Source: an uncultured virus (IMG/VR IMGVR_UViG_3300042914_003341) (lineage: Duplodnaviria > Heunggongvirae > Uroviricota > Caudoviricetes). From it: a stretch of DNA of 64,000 nucleotides. The number at the start of each line of letters is the position of its first letter. Within the stretch, counting starts at the first letter, position 1. A program made the translations under genes and the position numbers. The notes beneath the pieces were generated by a model that saw nothing but the letters and a program-made list of their open reading frames with translations, was not told where the DNA came from and made no database searches. The DNA is taken from IMG/VR virus record IMGVR_UViG_3300042914_003341. The stretch is one strand, 5' to 3'. Below, piece by piece: positions 9,225 to 19,583 of the stretch.

Positions 9225-9572
9225 TCAAGCGTCCCGCTTGTTGGCGGCGATGAACTTCGACAGTTTCGCGGCGAGATCCACCGAATCCTTGAAGGATGTT
9301 TGGCGAAACTTCTCGCACTTCCAAGAAGAAAGGAGCTTGATCTTCTTCTCTGCCCAGTCGACCATGAACGTCGCATAACGCGAGTTCTCATAGATGTCAT
9401 TCTGCCAGGAATCCTTGGGATCAAAACTCAGACGAATGCATGAGCTCAGATCGCGCTCGTGGTTTCCAGTCAAAGAATGCGGCGATTGCATAGAGAAAAC
9501 TGGCACCGACTCGGAAAAGACACGGCGAAAGGTGATGCACGTGGCCGTGGCATGTTCAACGTTGATTCCCAT
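9225..9572 (-). CDS. Hypothetical protein
   Basis: ORF behind promoter at 9601; stop within the next -35. Confidence 0.7.
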   Translation of the reverse strand: MGINVEHATATCITFRRVFSESVPVFSMQSPHSLTGNHERDLSSCIRLSFDPKDSWQNDIYENSRYATFMVDWAEKKIKLLSSWKCEKFRQTSFKDSVDLAAKLSKFIAANKRDA

Positions 9573-9631
9573 GATGTTTGGCTCCTTGTGAGATGATCAG
9601 ACCTTAGCACCTAGCTCAGAGTCTGTCAAGT

Positions 9632-10381
9632 CTAGCTGTTCTTGATCTTCACGCTGTTGACGTGGCATGCGGCATTGCTGAAGATGATTGTTTGAGAATC
9701 ATCTTCTCCAAATGATTCTTCAATGATTTTGCCGCCATCCTCGTGCACATGGCCGAACAGGACAGCCTTGACGTTATGATCGCGATAGCTCAAACAATTC
9801 GTGAGAGGCTCAGAGCCATACGGACCAGCAAGGATGCCCGCAGGAGGAGAGTGGCTCACGATCACGTCAGGGTTTTGATCAAACAAATCATACGTGGCAT
9901 GGCGCAGATCCGTGGGGACGGTTTCATTGTTCCATTCCCCATCGATCCAGGGAATCTCTGCAATTCCTGCAAACTTTAGACCAAAGAGCTCGATGGGGCC
10001 TTCGGTTGTGAGGTTGTGAGTCAGGAGGTTTTCGCCGCGAAAATCCTTGATGAGCTTCGCAAAGTCCACATAGTCATGGTTTCCACCCACGACCAGCACC
10101 GGCAATTCACCAAGGAATTCCAGCCAGAGCTCCAGCGGCGTCGTGCGCGCATGGTGCTTGGTGTTCACTGGATGAATGACACGGCCAAACATCCACTCAG
10201 TCTGGAATGTTTCCTCAATGCTCCGGATCCCGCGCGTGCTGTAGGGAAAGATATCCCCAGACAACACAACCAAGTCAGCAATCTCAAGGAGATTCCGGAA
10301 CGCGTTGCGCGAAGGAATCATCCCGTGCTGATCCGATACGTGCACGATCCGCAGCATGTCGTTGGTCTTCGTGTTGCCCAT
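9632..10381 (-). CDS. Calcineurin-like metallophosphoesterase
   Basis: Motifs VSDQHG, SGDI, GGNHD, SHSPP, FGHVHE. Confidence 0.9.
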   Translation of the reverse strand: MGNTKTNDMLRIVHVSDQHGMIPSRNAFRNLLEIADLVVLSGDIFPYSTRGIRSIEETFQTEWMFGRVIHPVNTKHHARTTPLELWLEFLGELPVLVVGGNHDYVDFAKLIKDFRGENLLTHNLTTEGPIELFGLKFAGIAEIPWIDGEWNNETVPTDLRHATYDLFDQNPDVIVSHSPPAGILAGPYGSEPLTNCLSYRDHNVKAVLFGHVHEDGGKIIEESFGEDDSQTIIFSNAACHVNSVKIKNS

Positions 10382-10423
10382 GGTTAGACCATAGCAGAGA
10401 GTTGGAGCGATGTCAAGGACGGC

Positions 10424-10654
10424 CTAGTCTTTTTCGTTGCAGAACTCATAGAGCGCAACATAAAATGCCGGAATCTTCTTGTCATCGTAAAAACAATCAG
10501 CCTCAGTGCCGCGGATCTTGTCGGTGAATGCGGCATAAGGTCCGTTTGCGACATGGTTGAACAATGCCTGACCACGACGCTGACTCTTTGGAGGATTGCT
10601 CCCCATGGCTGACAGCCCAGCATAGAGAAGCTCTTGGTGGATCCAGTCAATCAT
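10424..10654 (-). CDS. Hypothetical protein, paralog of 13066-13323
   Basis: Shared NPPKxQRRGQAxFNHVANGP..KIRGTxADCFYDDKKIP. Confidence 0.8.
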   Translation of the reverse strand: MIDWIHQELLYAGLSAMGSNPPKSQRRGQALFNHVANGPYAAFTDKIRGTEADCFYDDKKIPAFYVALYEFCNEKD

Positions 10655-10724
10655 TTTGGTGGTTCCTTTGGCCGGAAGTTGAATAGACTCTAGCAGAGAG
10701 CTGGAGAGATGTCAAGTGTCGCGG

Positions 10725-11144
10725 TCAGATACGGTTGGCGTATTCTACGCGATCACCAAGGAACTCCCGCATCGCAGGGATATTCCAGTAACAATCCGGA
10801 TACGGTCCAGTCGGCTGATACTCAGGAATATCAGCGCCAAGCCGTCGAAGTGTGGCCAGCGTAGCCTGAAAACGCTCCTTCTCGGATTCATGCCGCAGAT
10901 ACTCGTTTTGTCGCCAGAGAAGACGGCCCTCCGACTCGGCGACCTTGAGTTCCACCAGAAGACGATCGATTGCGTCCTGGCTCACGCCATAGTTCTGAGC
11001 ATATCGCGTCTCCGGGTGGTTGATCCCTTCCAGCATCGTGCCGAAATGATAGACATGATGCGACATGTCGCCATGCCATTCACCACGCTTGAGCATCACG
11101 AGGAGATAGCCGAAAGAATCATAGAGCTTGGGCTTGATCGACAT
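10725..11144 (-). CDS. Hypothetical protein
   Basis: ORF behind promoter at ~11187. Confidence 0.7.
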   Translation of the reverse strand: MSIKPKLYDSFGYLLVMLKRGEWHGDMSHHVYHFGTMLEGINHPETRYAQNYGVSQDAIDRLLVELKVAESEGRLLWRQNEYLRHESEKERFQATLATLRRLGADIPEYQPTGPYPDCYWNIPAMREFLGDRVEYANRI

Positions 11145-11211
11145 GGTGACTGTCCTTTGTGTTCTGTCTCTTTCGGAGACACTCAGACCTTAGCAGATCG
11201 ATGAGAAACTG

Positions 11212-11853
11212 TCAAGTCGAAGCAGCCGGGAACTGCACATTCCAGCAAGAAATCGGTGTGCTGTACTTCGCTCCGTGATCGCATGTTTCGCAACCAGGAG
11301 TGTACAACGTTTCAGAAAGGTTGATCTTCTTTGTTCCAAGAATCTTGCTGAGACGCTCCAGGTCATCAAAACGCGGAGGTCTATAGCACATCTTGAACTG
11401 TACGACCATTGCCTCCCGATCTTCTACATAATCGACGACGTCGCCAAACACAGCTTCGATCTGATTCATAAAAGCAAACCTTGCCGCTTTGTCAAGAAAA
11501 TCTTGATGAGTGTGCCAGAGTCGTGCTAGCTTGTTGATTGGACCATTTCCGCCGCGAAAACCGGTGCCGCCTTCGTTGTGCTCCCGCGCAATGTTCTGCG
11601 CTCTGTTCAGATATTGCCGCGAATCAACGTTGATGATGTTGAAACGCATATGTTCCAGGAACGTGTATGCACTGTACATCTCGCAAGGCCGAAAGAATCC
11701 CGGGATCAATTCCGGCTTCTGGAGCTTAGACTTGAAAGCAAAGATCAAAATGAAAACAAAACCATTGTCAATCGCGAACTGATGCCTATCCTTGCCGAAT
11801 TCGCGAGCTTCCTTGACAGTGAGAATGATGGTCTTGTCGCCGATGGTGATCAT
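11212..11853 (-). CDS. Hypothetical protein (C-terminal GCETCD motif)
   Basis: ORF behind promoter at ~11879. Confidence 0.7.
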   Translation of the reverse strand: MITIGDKTIILTVKEAREFGKDRHQFAIDNGFVFILIFAFKSKLQKPELIPGFFRPCEMYSAYTFLEHMRFNIINVDSRQYLNRAQNIAREHNEGGTGFRGGNGPINKLARLWHTHQDFLDKAARFAFMNQIEAVFGDVVDYVEDREAMVVQFKMCYRPPRFDDLERLSKILGTKKINLSETLYTPGCETCDHGAKYSTPISCWNVQFPAAST

Positions 11854-11918
11854 TGGTTCTTGTCCTTGAGTTGCTCAGACCTTAGCAGACCGGTGGGAAG
11901 TTGTCAAGTCGGTCATTA

Positions 11919-12233
11919 TCAGCCTGACAACGCAGCGCGCCAGTCAAAAACAATAACGCTTTCAGCGCCAATTGTTTTTTCTACAATCTCGACAAAATAC
12001 TCTCTGTGTTCATTCCAGTAGTCTAGCGCACCACCAAAATCGCCAGACTCCATGAGGGCACGGAAAGAATCTGTAAAGTCAACATTATATACGGATTTCC
12101 ATGTTCCATACTCTGATGCTTGATGTCTGAATATGGCTCGCAACGCAATCATGATTGCTTGTTCTTTGGTTGCAGCAAATCCAATATGCCGATCATCGCC
12201 CCACCCAGTTGAAGAAATAATGTATATGATCAT
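11919..12233 (-). CDS. Hypothetical protein
   Basis: Minus-strand ORF within the array. Confidence 0.6.
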   Translation of the reverse strand: MIIYIISSTGWGDDRHIGFAATKEQAIMIALRAIFRHQASEYGTWKSVYNVDFTDSFRALMESGDFGGALDYWNEHREYFVEIVEKTIGAESVIVFDWRAALSG

Positions 12234-12313
12234 CCGATGTTTCTTTCATATAAGGTTGAATGGACTAAGGAAGGAAGCTAGGAGGGATGGTGTTTCTTGT
12301 GAGAAACTGTTTG

Positions 12314-12604
12314 TCAGTTGCTCGGCTGCTGGGTCGCGGTGGTGGTGACAAGCTGCTGGAAAGTCTCCCACCGCTTGCCGCCGAAACACTTGGCAGCGAA
12401 AACCACCGATGCCGCATCCGAGCCATCACCACACATCGCCGCGGGAATGCCGACCTCTCGCGCGATTGCACGAAGATTCACGGCCGCGATCTTCTTCGCG
12501 TCAGCCGTCACCGTGAGAACCTTGTCGTCGCCCACGAGGATACCATCCAGAAACATGCGCTCGGTCATCATTGTTGTACCCAAACCTTTCGTTGCTGTTG
12601 CCAT
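12314..12604 (-). CDS. Hypothetical protein
   Basis: ORF behind promoter at ~12629. Confidence 0.6.
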   Translation of the reverse strand: MATATKGLGTTMMTERMFLDGILVGDDKVLTVTADAKKIAAVNLRAIAREVGIPAAMCGDGSDAASVVFAAKCFGGKRWETFQQLVTTTATQQPSN

Positions 12605-12643
12605 CACCGTCTTGCTGGTGATGTTTGGACCTTATCAGATGGC

Positions 12644-13021
12644 TCAGTCGTTGTCAAGTGCGGAATCAGACTCAAGGCCGCTGCCAACCACATCAGAAAG
12701 CCCACAGTCAATCGACACAGAAACCACTCGGTGCCCGCCCCAAGGATTGTTAGACCATTCACCCGAATCGCCATCAGAGCTCTCAGGATACTCCGGACAT
12801 GCTTCAACAATCCAGTGGAGCGCCGGGTCATTATCGATCAGACGGTAGAGCTCAGCAATATGCTGATCCTCGCAGCGATACCACTTGATATCCGTAAAAA
12901 GAAACCCATGATGGCCATCCTCGGTGTTGTGGCTGTCTGCATCTCCCCAGATAGAAAGATGCTCCACCTTGCCCCAGAGATCCCTGTGAATGGCCACGAA
13001 AACGTCGCTGCGAATACCCAT
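12644..13021 (-). CDS. Acidic hypothetical protein, paralog of 21027-21383
   Basis: Shared SxVFxAI...WY...VExCxEYP...GxWxxxxW. Confidence 0.75.
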   Translation of the reverse strand: MGIRSDVFVAIHRDLWGKVEHLSIWGDADSHNTEDGHHGFLFTDIKWYRCEDQHIAELYRLIDNDPALHWIVEACPEYPESSDGDSGEWSNNPWGGHRVVSVSIDCGLSDVVGSGLESDSALDND

Positions 13022-13065
13022 GGTGTTTTACCTTTTCCTTTTGTTCCCTTGGAGACACTCAGACC

Positions 13066-13323
13066 CTAGCAGTCCACCGTGATGTTGTCAAGTGGCTCTT
13101 CCGGGTTGCAGAGCTCATAGAGTTTGGCCAAGAAGAGCGGGATCTTCTTGTCATCGTAGAAACAATCAGCCACCGTTCCGCGGATCTTGTTTGCCAGATC
13201 GGAAAACGGACCATTCGCGACATGGTTGAAGATTGCTTGGCCACGACGCTGATTCTTTGGAGGATTGCGGCCAACCAGCGCCAGATCGTTGAAAAGAACG
13301 GCTTGCCTCTCGTAATCAATCAT
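13066..13323 (-). CDS. Hypothetical protein, paralog of 10424-10654
   Basis: See 10424-10654. Confidence 0.8.
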   Translation of the reverse strand: MIDYERQAVLFNDLALVGRNPPKNQRRGQAIFNHVANGPFSDLANKIRGTVADCFYDDKKIPLFLAKLYELCNPEEPLDNITVDC

Positions 13324-13363
13324 TGCACTGCACCCTTTGTCTCGTTGCGGTGATGTTCAGACT

Positions 13364-14242
13364 CTAGCAGTTGCCATCGAAGATGTAAAGGAGCGCCTCA
13401 ACATCGTCCTCGCTGTGAGAACTTGTGAAATCAAACCTCGCGATCATGGTGTCATTGTTGACAGTGAACGTATCCTGGAATGAAATCCCAACCTTGTTCC
13501 CAGCGAGCCTGAGATTGTTGTACAGATCATCGATGCTGTCGAGTTCAACCCGAAAGTCGAGCCCGAGATCATCAACGCTGACAAGGAAACTATTATCACT
13601 GGTGTTCATTTGGGTTTTTTCTTTCTGTTCGATGATTAGAGTGTGTTGCAGGTTTTGAATCCAATTCGCTATATTTCGAAATATATCTGGGTCCGTGCAG
13701 TTTTGTTTGAGTGTGTTGGCTTTGTGCGATATCACATATACGTTCCCTCGTACGTAGCCATTCTCCGGGATTAGGCGATCCAACGAGAAAGAATTCGGCG
13801 TCGGCGAGTCGCGCGCAACAATCATTTTTTCTTTTGTGATAGGGCACACCATGTCTTCCGGAAACAAACTATGCACATAATCGATTGTCAAGTCGAAAGG
13901 TAACCCGCGCTTTGTCGAGCGCGCTTTGGCCGAACGGTACAGTTGCACCCATGGCTTGTCTTCAATCAGTTTTCTGTGTTTGCGCAATATGATGTCGCGG
14001 CGATCAGCATACATTTCCTTGTGTCGCGCGCGGATCAGATCAGTATTTCTTTCACGCCACGCTGCCGCTTGTATTTTAAGGTGCTCTTTAAGCCTTTGCA
14101 CCCTGCTGCGGTCATATTCCCTCTTACAATCCTTGCAAAGACCATTGGAGACATGTTTTTGTGACGTATGGCCGTTCTTGCACGGCGTATCCGAGTCATA
14201 AAACGACAAACCAAGTTCGAGAGCTGCTTCTTTGGTGATCAT
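13364..14242 (-). CDS. HNH/His-Me-type homing endonuclease, in frame with a downstream small gene (MNTSDN.., ~13364-13608)
   Basis: CKNGH..CKDC N-terminus; CPIT..SLDRLIPENGYVRGNVYVISHKANTLK; ATGA overlap with the upstream paralog. Confidence 0.8.
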   Translation of the reverse strand: MITKEAALELGLSFYDSDTPCKNGHTSQKHVSNGLCKDCKREYDRSRVQRLKEHLKIQAAAWRERNTDLIRARHKEMYADRRDIILRKHRKLIEDKPWVQLYRSAKARSTKRGLPFDLTIDYVHSLFPEDMVCPITKEKMIVARDSPTPNSFSLDRLIPENGYVRGNVYVISHKANTLKQNCTDPDIFRNIANWIQNLQHTLIIEQKEKTQMNTSDNSFLVSVDDLGLDFRVELDSIDDLYNNLRLAGNKVGISFQDTFTVNNDTMIARFDFTSSHSEDDVEALLYIFDGNC

Positions 14243-14796
14243 TTTGCACCGCGGTTTGCTAGATGAGCTTCTAGCCAATCAGCTAACGAATACAGTACCG
14301 CAGGGTCTGTGCAGTCATTCTTGATAGTATTTGCCAAATGCGATATGACGAACACATTGCCGCAAACATAACCAAGTTCCGGAATCAATCTATCAAGAGT
14401 CATCGAGCCATTAGCTATATGTCCTTTTGACACGATTAATGGAATCCGGATCACTGGGCACATCATATCATCGGGTACAAGAGTTTTGACATATTCTTCT
14501 GTCAGTTCGAAAGGCAGACCCAACTCTTTTGCGCGCTTCTTGGCATATTTACACAGATATTTCCACGGTTTCTGCTCAAGACGTACTCGCTCTTTGCGCA
14601 ACAAGTTGTCTCGATTGTTTTCGTAGTATTGTTTCTGCGTGGCTTTGCAGCGCTCAAGGTTTTCCAGTCGGTTGATTTTGGCAGCTAATATGAACCGTTC
14701 AGAGTTTGCACGATAATACTGGTTTCTGTAATTTTCTGCGCAAACCTTGCACCGTTCACCTTCGAACTCATGGCCTTTTTTGCATATCTTCAGCAT
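14239..14796 (-). CDS. HNH/His-Me-type homing endonuclease
   Basis: CKKGH..CKVC; CPVI..TLDRLIPELGYVCGNVFVISHLANTIKND. Confidence 0.8.
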   Translation of the reverse strand: MLKICKKGHEFEGERCKVCAENYRNQYYRANSERFILAAKINRLENLERCKATQKQYYENNRDNLLRKERVRLEQKPWKYLCKYAKKRAKELGLPFELTEEYVKTLVPDDMMCPVIRIPLIVSKGHIANGSMTLDRLIPELGYVCGNVFVISHLANTIKNDCTDPAVLYSLADWLEAHLANRGAK

Positions 14797-14849
14797 ACCA
14801 TGGATAAGTATGTGAGTTTGCAAATATCGTGTGACTTTTGTTTGAAACG

Positions 14850-15995
14850 CTAGCGCGCACAAACGTTTCCAGTGGGGCGAAACTCTTCGAAGAGTTTGTT
14901 GCGATTGCGAGGCTCCAGTTGCCAGGAGCCCGGGGTTTTCCGGGCAGTAAAGACAAACCGACGCACACGGATAGGCGCTGTGTTGATCATCAGGCCGACA
15001 TCTTTGTCAGTCATACTAGCAATCGACCGACAATATGCATCAACCTCAGTCCACAAGCCGGTGAACTCTTGATTGAAATACAAAGCCAATTCGTCGAACT
15101 CAGGATAAAACTCTTCCGGTAAGAGCAATTTCATTTCTGCTTCGGTCTGGTCACGTACTGCCGCCCAAACATTTAGCGGCGTAAGTCTGCTGATTGCGCG
15201 ATGCAATGCCGTGTAAATTTCGCCCTTCACCTTCATCCGTTCATTGGTGTCGACATATCGCAGGACAATTCCCTCCATCGTCCCAGGCAGTCCCTTTGCC
15301 CAAGCCATTGCAGCGTCAAGGGAATCAAAGGAATATCGCGGCGGAACCCACGTAGCATCAACACTCGCCGCAAGATCATCGAGATCATATTCCTCGCCGG
15401 TTTCCCTGTTGAAACCCCCAAGCAGGCAGAGCGCATCCGTGTCAAGATAGCTCACAACAACACGGTTCTCTGGATAGATGATCTCAGAAAGATACGTGGT
15501 CGCCGGGTTCATCCTCTCCGTGTTCATGGTGCTTCGCTGCGACCGCAACTGAGCCGTTGCGTGCTTTGCTTGATCAGAAACAAAGCTCCCACGAGTCGCC
15601 ACGTGCCACTGGTTGGCATATTCGAAACAAATCCCGAAGCTCCCATCCATCTTCAGGCGCACATCATAAGGCGCCTCCATGCGAACACGCGGAGCAAACT
15701 GCTCCGATGCATTGAAAAACTTGGGGAATGGCAACGCAACAACAGTCTTCGACGCCAGATCCACGATCAGACCACGACAGACACGAGTCACCCAGTCCCA
15801 TGCCTTTGTGAAAGTAACCTGCTCGGTGTAGTTGAAGATCGCTAGGCTGGGATAGTCGGGATGATAGCCGACAGAAACCAAACCTTGATCCTTGTAACCG
15901 CCAGGATCGAGCACCTTCGCAATCAGACGCATGACGTTCTCGTCACGGTTTCCAGCGAACGCAGCATAGAGAGGATGGATGCCGTTGGTCTTCAT
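14850..15995 (-). CDS. T4 Rnl1-like RNA ligase
   Basis: FNYT..CRGLIVD..PFPKFFN..KMDGS (motif I)..ATRGSF..EIIYP..EGIV..KVK. Confidence 0.92.
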   Translation of the reverse strand: MKTNGIHPLYAAFAGNRDENVMRLIAKVLDPGGYKDQGLVSVGYHPDYPSLAIFNYTEQVTFTKAWDWVTRVCRGLIVDLASKTVVALPFPKFFNASEQFAPRVRMEAPYDVRLKMDGSFGICFEYANQWHVATRGSFVSDQAKHATAQLRSQRSTMNTERMNPATTYLSEIIYPENRVVVSYLDTDALCLLGGFNRETGEEYDLDDLAASVDATWVPPRYSFDSLDAAMAWAKGLPGTMEGIVLRYVDTNERMKVKGEIYTALHRAISRLTPLNVWAAVRDQTEAEMKLLLPEEFYPEFDELALYFNQEFTGLWTEVDAYCRSIASMTDKDVGLMINTAPIRVRRFVFTARKTPGSWQLEPRNRNKLFEEFRPTGNVCAR

Positions 15996-16029
15996 GATGT
16001 TCCTACCTTAGCAGATGGCTTGGATGGTG

Positions 16030-16284
16030 TCAAGAAGGCACAGCTTCGACCACTAGTGCGCTGTCGCGATTTTTCAAACTCGACATAATCACACGAACAG
16101 GGCTATGTCCGAACCCAACGATCAGCTCACCGCCAATTGGATGAGAATATTCATTCGCCATTATCCAACGCATTTCATCCAACAAGTCTTCGGTGGTTTT
16201 TGCTTCGACACCGGTACGTTGAATACTCAGAATCAAACGCATGGTGTCGGACTCATATCCCGTGATTGTGATGTTGTATCTCAT
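16030..16284 (-). CDS. Hypothetical protein
   Basis: ORF behind promoter at ~16322. Confidence 0.6.
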   Translation of the reverse strand: MRYNITITGYESDTMRLILSIQRTGVEAKTTEDLLDEMRWIMANEYSHPIGGELIVGFGHSPVRVIMSSLKNRDSALVVEAVPS

Positions 16285-16532
16285 TGCCTGACTCCTTGTT
16301 TATTGCGTTAGAGACACTCAGACCTTAGCAGGCTGCTGGGACGTTGTCAAGTCCCACGCCATACACTCAGGACTCTCTGCAATATTCCATGACGGCTTGT
16401 GTGACCCAGTGAGTGATCGCCGCCAAAGGTTTATTAGATCGAGTCCTGAGTGCCTTCTTGGTCGTGTTTGTTCAGTACGAAAAAATGGTAGGCACGCTGA
16501 ATCCCATGGCTTTTCTCCTTGAATGATGTGAG

Positions 16533-16760
16533 TCAGACCTTAGCAAACCCGGAACTTTCACGATTCAGGACGAAAACTTGCAGCGCAGCGTGCACGAGAT
16601 GCAACTGGAATGAGAGCAGTTTGTCTGGCCGTCCACCATTGTTTGCAATGCGTTCCTTGCATTTTTTCGCAGCTTCCTTGAGCGAACGGATTGCATTGTT
16701 CAATGCAATCAGTTCATCCTTGGTCATGCCATCGCCCCACATGCTGTTATATGCGCTCAT
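16533..16760 (-). CDS. Hypothetical protein
   Basis: ORF behind promoter at ~16790. Confidence 0.6.
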   Translation of the reverse strand: MSAYNSMWGDGMTKDELIALNNAIRSLKEAAKKCKERIANNGGRPDKLLSFQLHLVHAALQVFVLNRESSGFAKV

Positions 16761-16957
16761 TGTCTACTCCTTGCTGCGGTGATGTTCAGACCTTAGCAGA
16801 TTGCTTGGAGTCTGTCAAGTGGTTTCCGATCGATCATATTCCTTGATGAATGCATTCACGGCTTCCTCAAGCTCATTTTCAGCCTTTGTCGAAGTGCGCA
16901 GGTTGTCGGCGATTCCGACATCAAACTAGTATTTCTTTTGTGATTTCAGACTGTTAG

Positions 16958-17031
16958 CACCCGCAGCAAGATTTGAACTTGCAACCTTATCATTAGGACT
17001 GATTTGCGCCATCCAGTTGCGCCATGCGGGC
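16958..17031 (-). tRNA. tRNA-Arg(CCT)
   Basis: GCCCGCA/TGCGGGT acceptor stem, ATCA-GT CCT AA-TGAT anticodon arm, GCAAG TTCAAAT CTTGC T-arm; no encoded CCA (CTA). Confidence 0.8.
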
Positions 17032-17654
17032 AGAAGAAGGCAGACCGATCTTGGCCAGATTCATTTGTTTGTTGATCTCTGCTGCTCGGTCTTACACAGC
17101 ATGATCACTTGAGTCGATACACTTTGACACTTCAATATCCAAGCTCATGTGTTTGACGAGTAGGGCGAAACGGCGCGGCATATCATATTTTTGCGCCGGG
17201 AATCGACAGCGGCCACTACAGATCAAACAGAACACTCAGACATTGGCAGCGGCTTTACCACGCTGCTCACCGGACTCACACTTACTACGGCTGGCGCCGC
17301 TGGTGACTGGGTGATGATGTCTTGAACCTAGCACCTCTGAAATAGGCTGTCAAGTCGCTTGTCTCAGTCGTTGCAATCGTTGGAGAATCGCGAAGCGTAC
17401 ATTTCCTGGAGAGACTCATCCTCCAGGTCGATGAGCGAAGCCCCACGGCGTCGGTTGTTCCTGTTGCGGGCATCGTTGCCCTTCTTGGAGTTGTTGTTGG
17501 AGGAAAGGTCGTCCTGGTTCTGCCTGTAGCTCTTGCTCATGATGTTGTCTGTCTCCGTTGCGGTGATGTTTGGACTCTAGCAGGGTCTTCGTTGGTTGTC
17601 AAGTGAGCGAGGTGTTGTGTGTGCTTGCTTCGATGTTTTTTGCGGCAAAACTAT

Positions 17655-17954
17655 TCAGTCTGGTTCAACCTCCAGCCCTCGATGCGCCTGCATTCCTATA
17701 GGAATTCCGTTCAGCCCTGTACCTTGACAACTCTGACAGAATTCCCAGATTCCAGGAACAAGTGAGAACTTTGGCCCACCATTGTTCCTGTTGATGAACA
17801 CGCACCAAGGGCAGTTGTCAAATGAATCAGTTGTTCTAGCTAAGATGCACGCTTGGCACTTCGGTGCTCTAACCACCCTGCGATGGTGCATGCACAAACT
17901 CACAACAATGAAGAGCTCAGCGCCAATCGTTCCAGGGGTTTTCGTACTGGGCAT
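17655..17954 (-). CDS. Cys-rich zinc-finger-like protein
   Basis: CQAC, CPWC, CQSCQGTG (DnaJ-like CxxCxGxG). Confidence 0.55.
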   Translation of the reverse strand: MPSTKTPGTIGAELFIVVSLCMHHRRVVRAPKCQACILARTTDSFDNCPWCVFINRNNGGPKFSLVPGIWEFCQSCQGTGLNGIPIGMQAHRGLEVEPD

Positions 17955-17998
17955 CGTCCATTGCCTCTAGTTTACCTTAGCATCTCGCTGTGAGGCTG

Positions 17999-18181
17999 TC
18001 ATGACAGCGCATGTTGTTCGATCAAATACCAGTCATGACCACCGCCCGGATATACCTTGGCATCGCAGCGCACCTTGAACGCTTGTGCGTCAGATTCTGC
18101 GGTAAACACCTTGAGGATTTCACCACCCTCATGTTCCCAGCAACCTTGAACAATCCAAACAAAACGCTCTTCCTTCTCCAT
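17999..18181 (-). CDS. Small hypothetical protein
   Basis: ORF behind promoter at 18221. Confidence 0.6.
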   Translation of the reverse strand: MEKEERFVWIVQGCWEHEGGEILKVFTAESDAQAFKVRCDAKVYPGGGHDWYLIEQHALS

Positions 18182-18289
18182 GACTCTATCCCTTTCGTGA
18201 TGAACCGGTTGGTGAGACTGACCTTAGCAGACAGACGGTGCCCTGTCAAGTTACTGAGCTAGAGCACCGTCTGTCTGGGTATGTTTCGT

Positions 18290-18634
18290 TCAGGAATAGA
18301 TGGCGGGAGTCACGGTGTTGTCCCGGATGATGCTCACGGCCTTCTCGCCGAAGATATCGATGACCTTCAAGGAGATCTCCTGACTGTCATCGATGATGTC
18401 ATTATCCGAACCCATGTCAAGCCAGATGTAATAAACCATCATAACATCGCGCTCGATCTTCCCGGTTTCCGGGTTGAGCCATGCGCCATTGATGCGCTCG
18501 CTGGGATTGACAGAGAAACCACCGAACCGCTCACAGACCCACTCCTGGAATTGAACGTGCATTGCCTCCTTGGCCTTCGAGGTGACGGCCGGGACGAGAA
18601 CGCGGATCTGAATCTTGCTGGTGATGTTGCGCAT
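18290..18634 (-). CDS. Hypothetical protein
   Basis: ORF behind promoter at ~18680; FGGFS..GAW motif. Confidence 0.7.
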   Translation of the reverse strand: MRNITSKIQIRVLVPAVTSKAKEAMHVQFQEWVCERFGGFSVNPSERINGAWLNPETGKIERDVMMVYYIWLDMGSDNDIIDDSQEISLKVIDIFGEKAVSIIRDNTVTPAIYS

Positions 18635-18728
18635 GATGATGTGTGCTCCGTGTTGTTGCCTTGCGGCGGGGATGAATGAACCTTAGCAGGTTGCTGGGAT
18701 GTTGTCAAGTGCAACGTCAAGTGCATCG

Positions 18729-19556
18729 TCAAGGCGCTGCGGTGATGAACTCGATTCGCGGCAAAAACTCAGCAGGGATCTTTGCCAGGATTTGCTTCCG
18801 GAATTCATCGCGCTTGTGTCTGAGGCTCTGGTGCTTGATCACGATGTGATCATTCCCAACAAAAAGCTCAGGCTGGTTCTGCATCAGATCAACCAAATCA
18901 TCCAGGTGAGTGTGACCATGCACTTCTGCGAGCAGCTTCTCATTCTCTGCAACAAAGGTGCACTCGATCACCAGTGTCTGAGCTTGCGCTGTTTCCTCTG
19001 TGATTGCCTTGGTGGTGCTATCTCCAATGAATCCCAGGAGAGGGAATCGCACCACCGAATCCGTGCGAGTGACAGGGTCACGGCGCTTTCTGTTCTCAAA
19101 CACCATGTACCCAACAGAGGGGAGAACGTGATGGGCTGGGATGGCTTGAATCATGTGTCGACCAATCTTGATCCAATCACCAGGATTGATTCCAACAACC
19201 TCGCAAACCTCTTCCAAGTCTTCTTGGCTTGCACCATCGACCGCAGCAGCACCAACCAGAAATTTGATCAAACAATCCTTGGAGGCTTCCGGGACATAGA
19301 TGGTTGTCTTGCCATGTCCCCGGATTGCTCGCCGCGAAAGAAAATGCGGCAAACCTCCAACGTGGTCCATGTGCGTGTGAGTCAGCAGGACATTGTTCTT
19401 GCTAACCATCGCAGGATGACAGTGGCCCATGTCAAACACGGCATCCAAGCCATCCATTGCAATGTACGTAGCAATAGACGAGACACTGAAGCCGCGGAGT
19501 CTGATGGTCCGAAGGTCGAGAATCTCCAAAGAATCAGGAAGCTCCAGTGTACTCAT
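18729..19556 (-). CDS. Metallo-beta-lactamase-fold nuclease, RNase Z-like
   Basis: FDMG, THTHMDHVGG (HxHxDH), HHVLPSVGY, GDST, ECTF, HGHTH. Confidence 0.85.
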   Translation of the reverse strand: MSTLELPDSLEILDLRTIRLRGFSVSSIATYIAMDGLDAVFDMGHCHPAMVSKNNVLLTHTHMDHVGGLPHFLSRRAIRGHGKTTIYVPEASKDCLIKFLVGAAAVDGASQEDLEEVCEVVGINPGDWIKIGRHMIQAIPAHHVLPSVGYMVFENRKRRDPVTRTDSVVRFPLLGFIGDSTTKAITEETAQAQTLVIECTFVAENEKLLAEVHGHTHLDDLVDLMQNQPELFVGNDHIVIKHQSLRHKRDEFRKQILAKIPAEFLPRIEFITAAP

Positions 19557-19583
19557 GATTTGCTTTTTTCTTTTTTGTGTTTG

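Noticed and set aside
14239..14300. VLYSLADWLEAH at the end of the endonuclease as an ELAD tag
   Set aside because: It aligns with IFRNIANWIQ in the paralog and looks like the normal terminal helix of this endonuclease family; probably coincidental.
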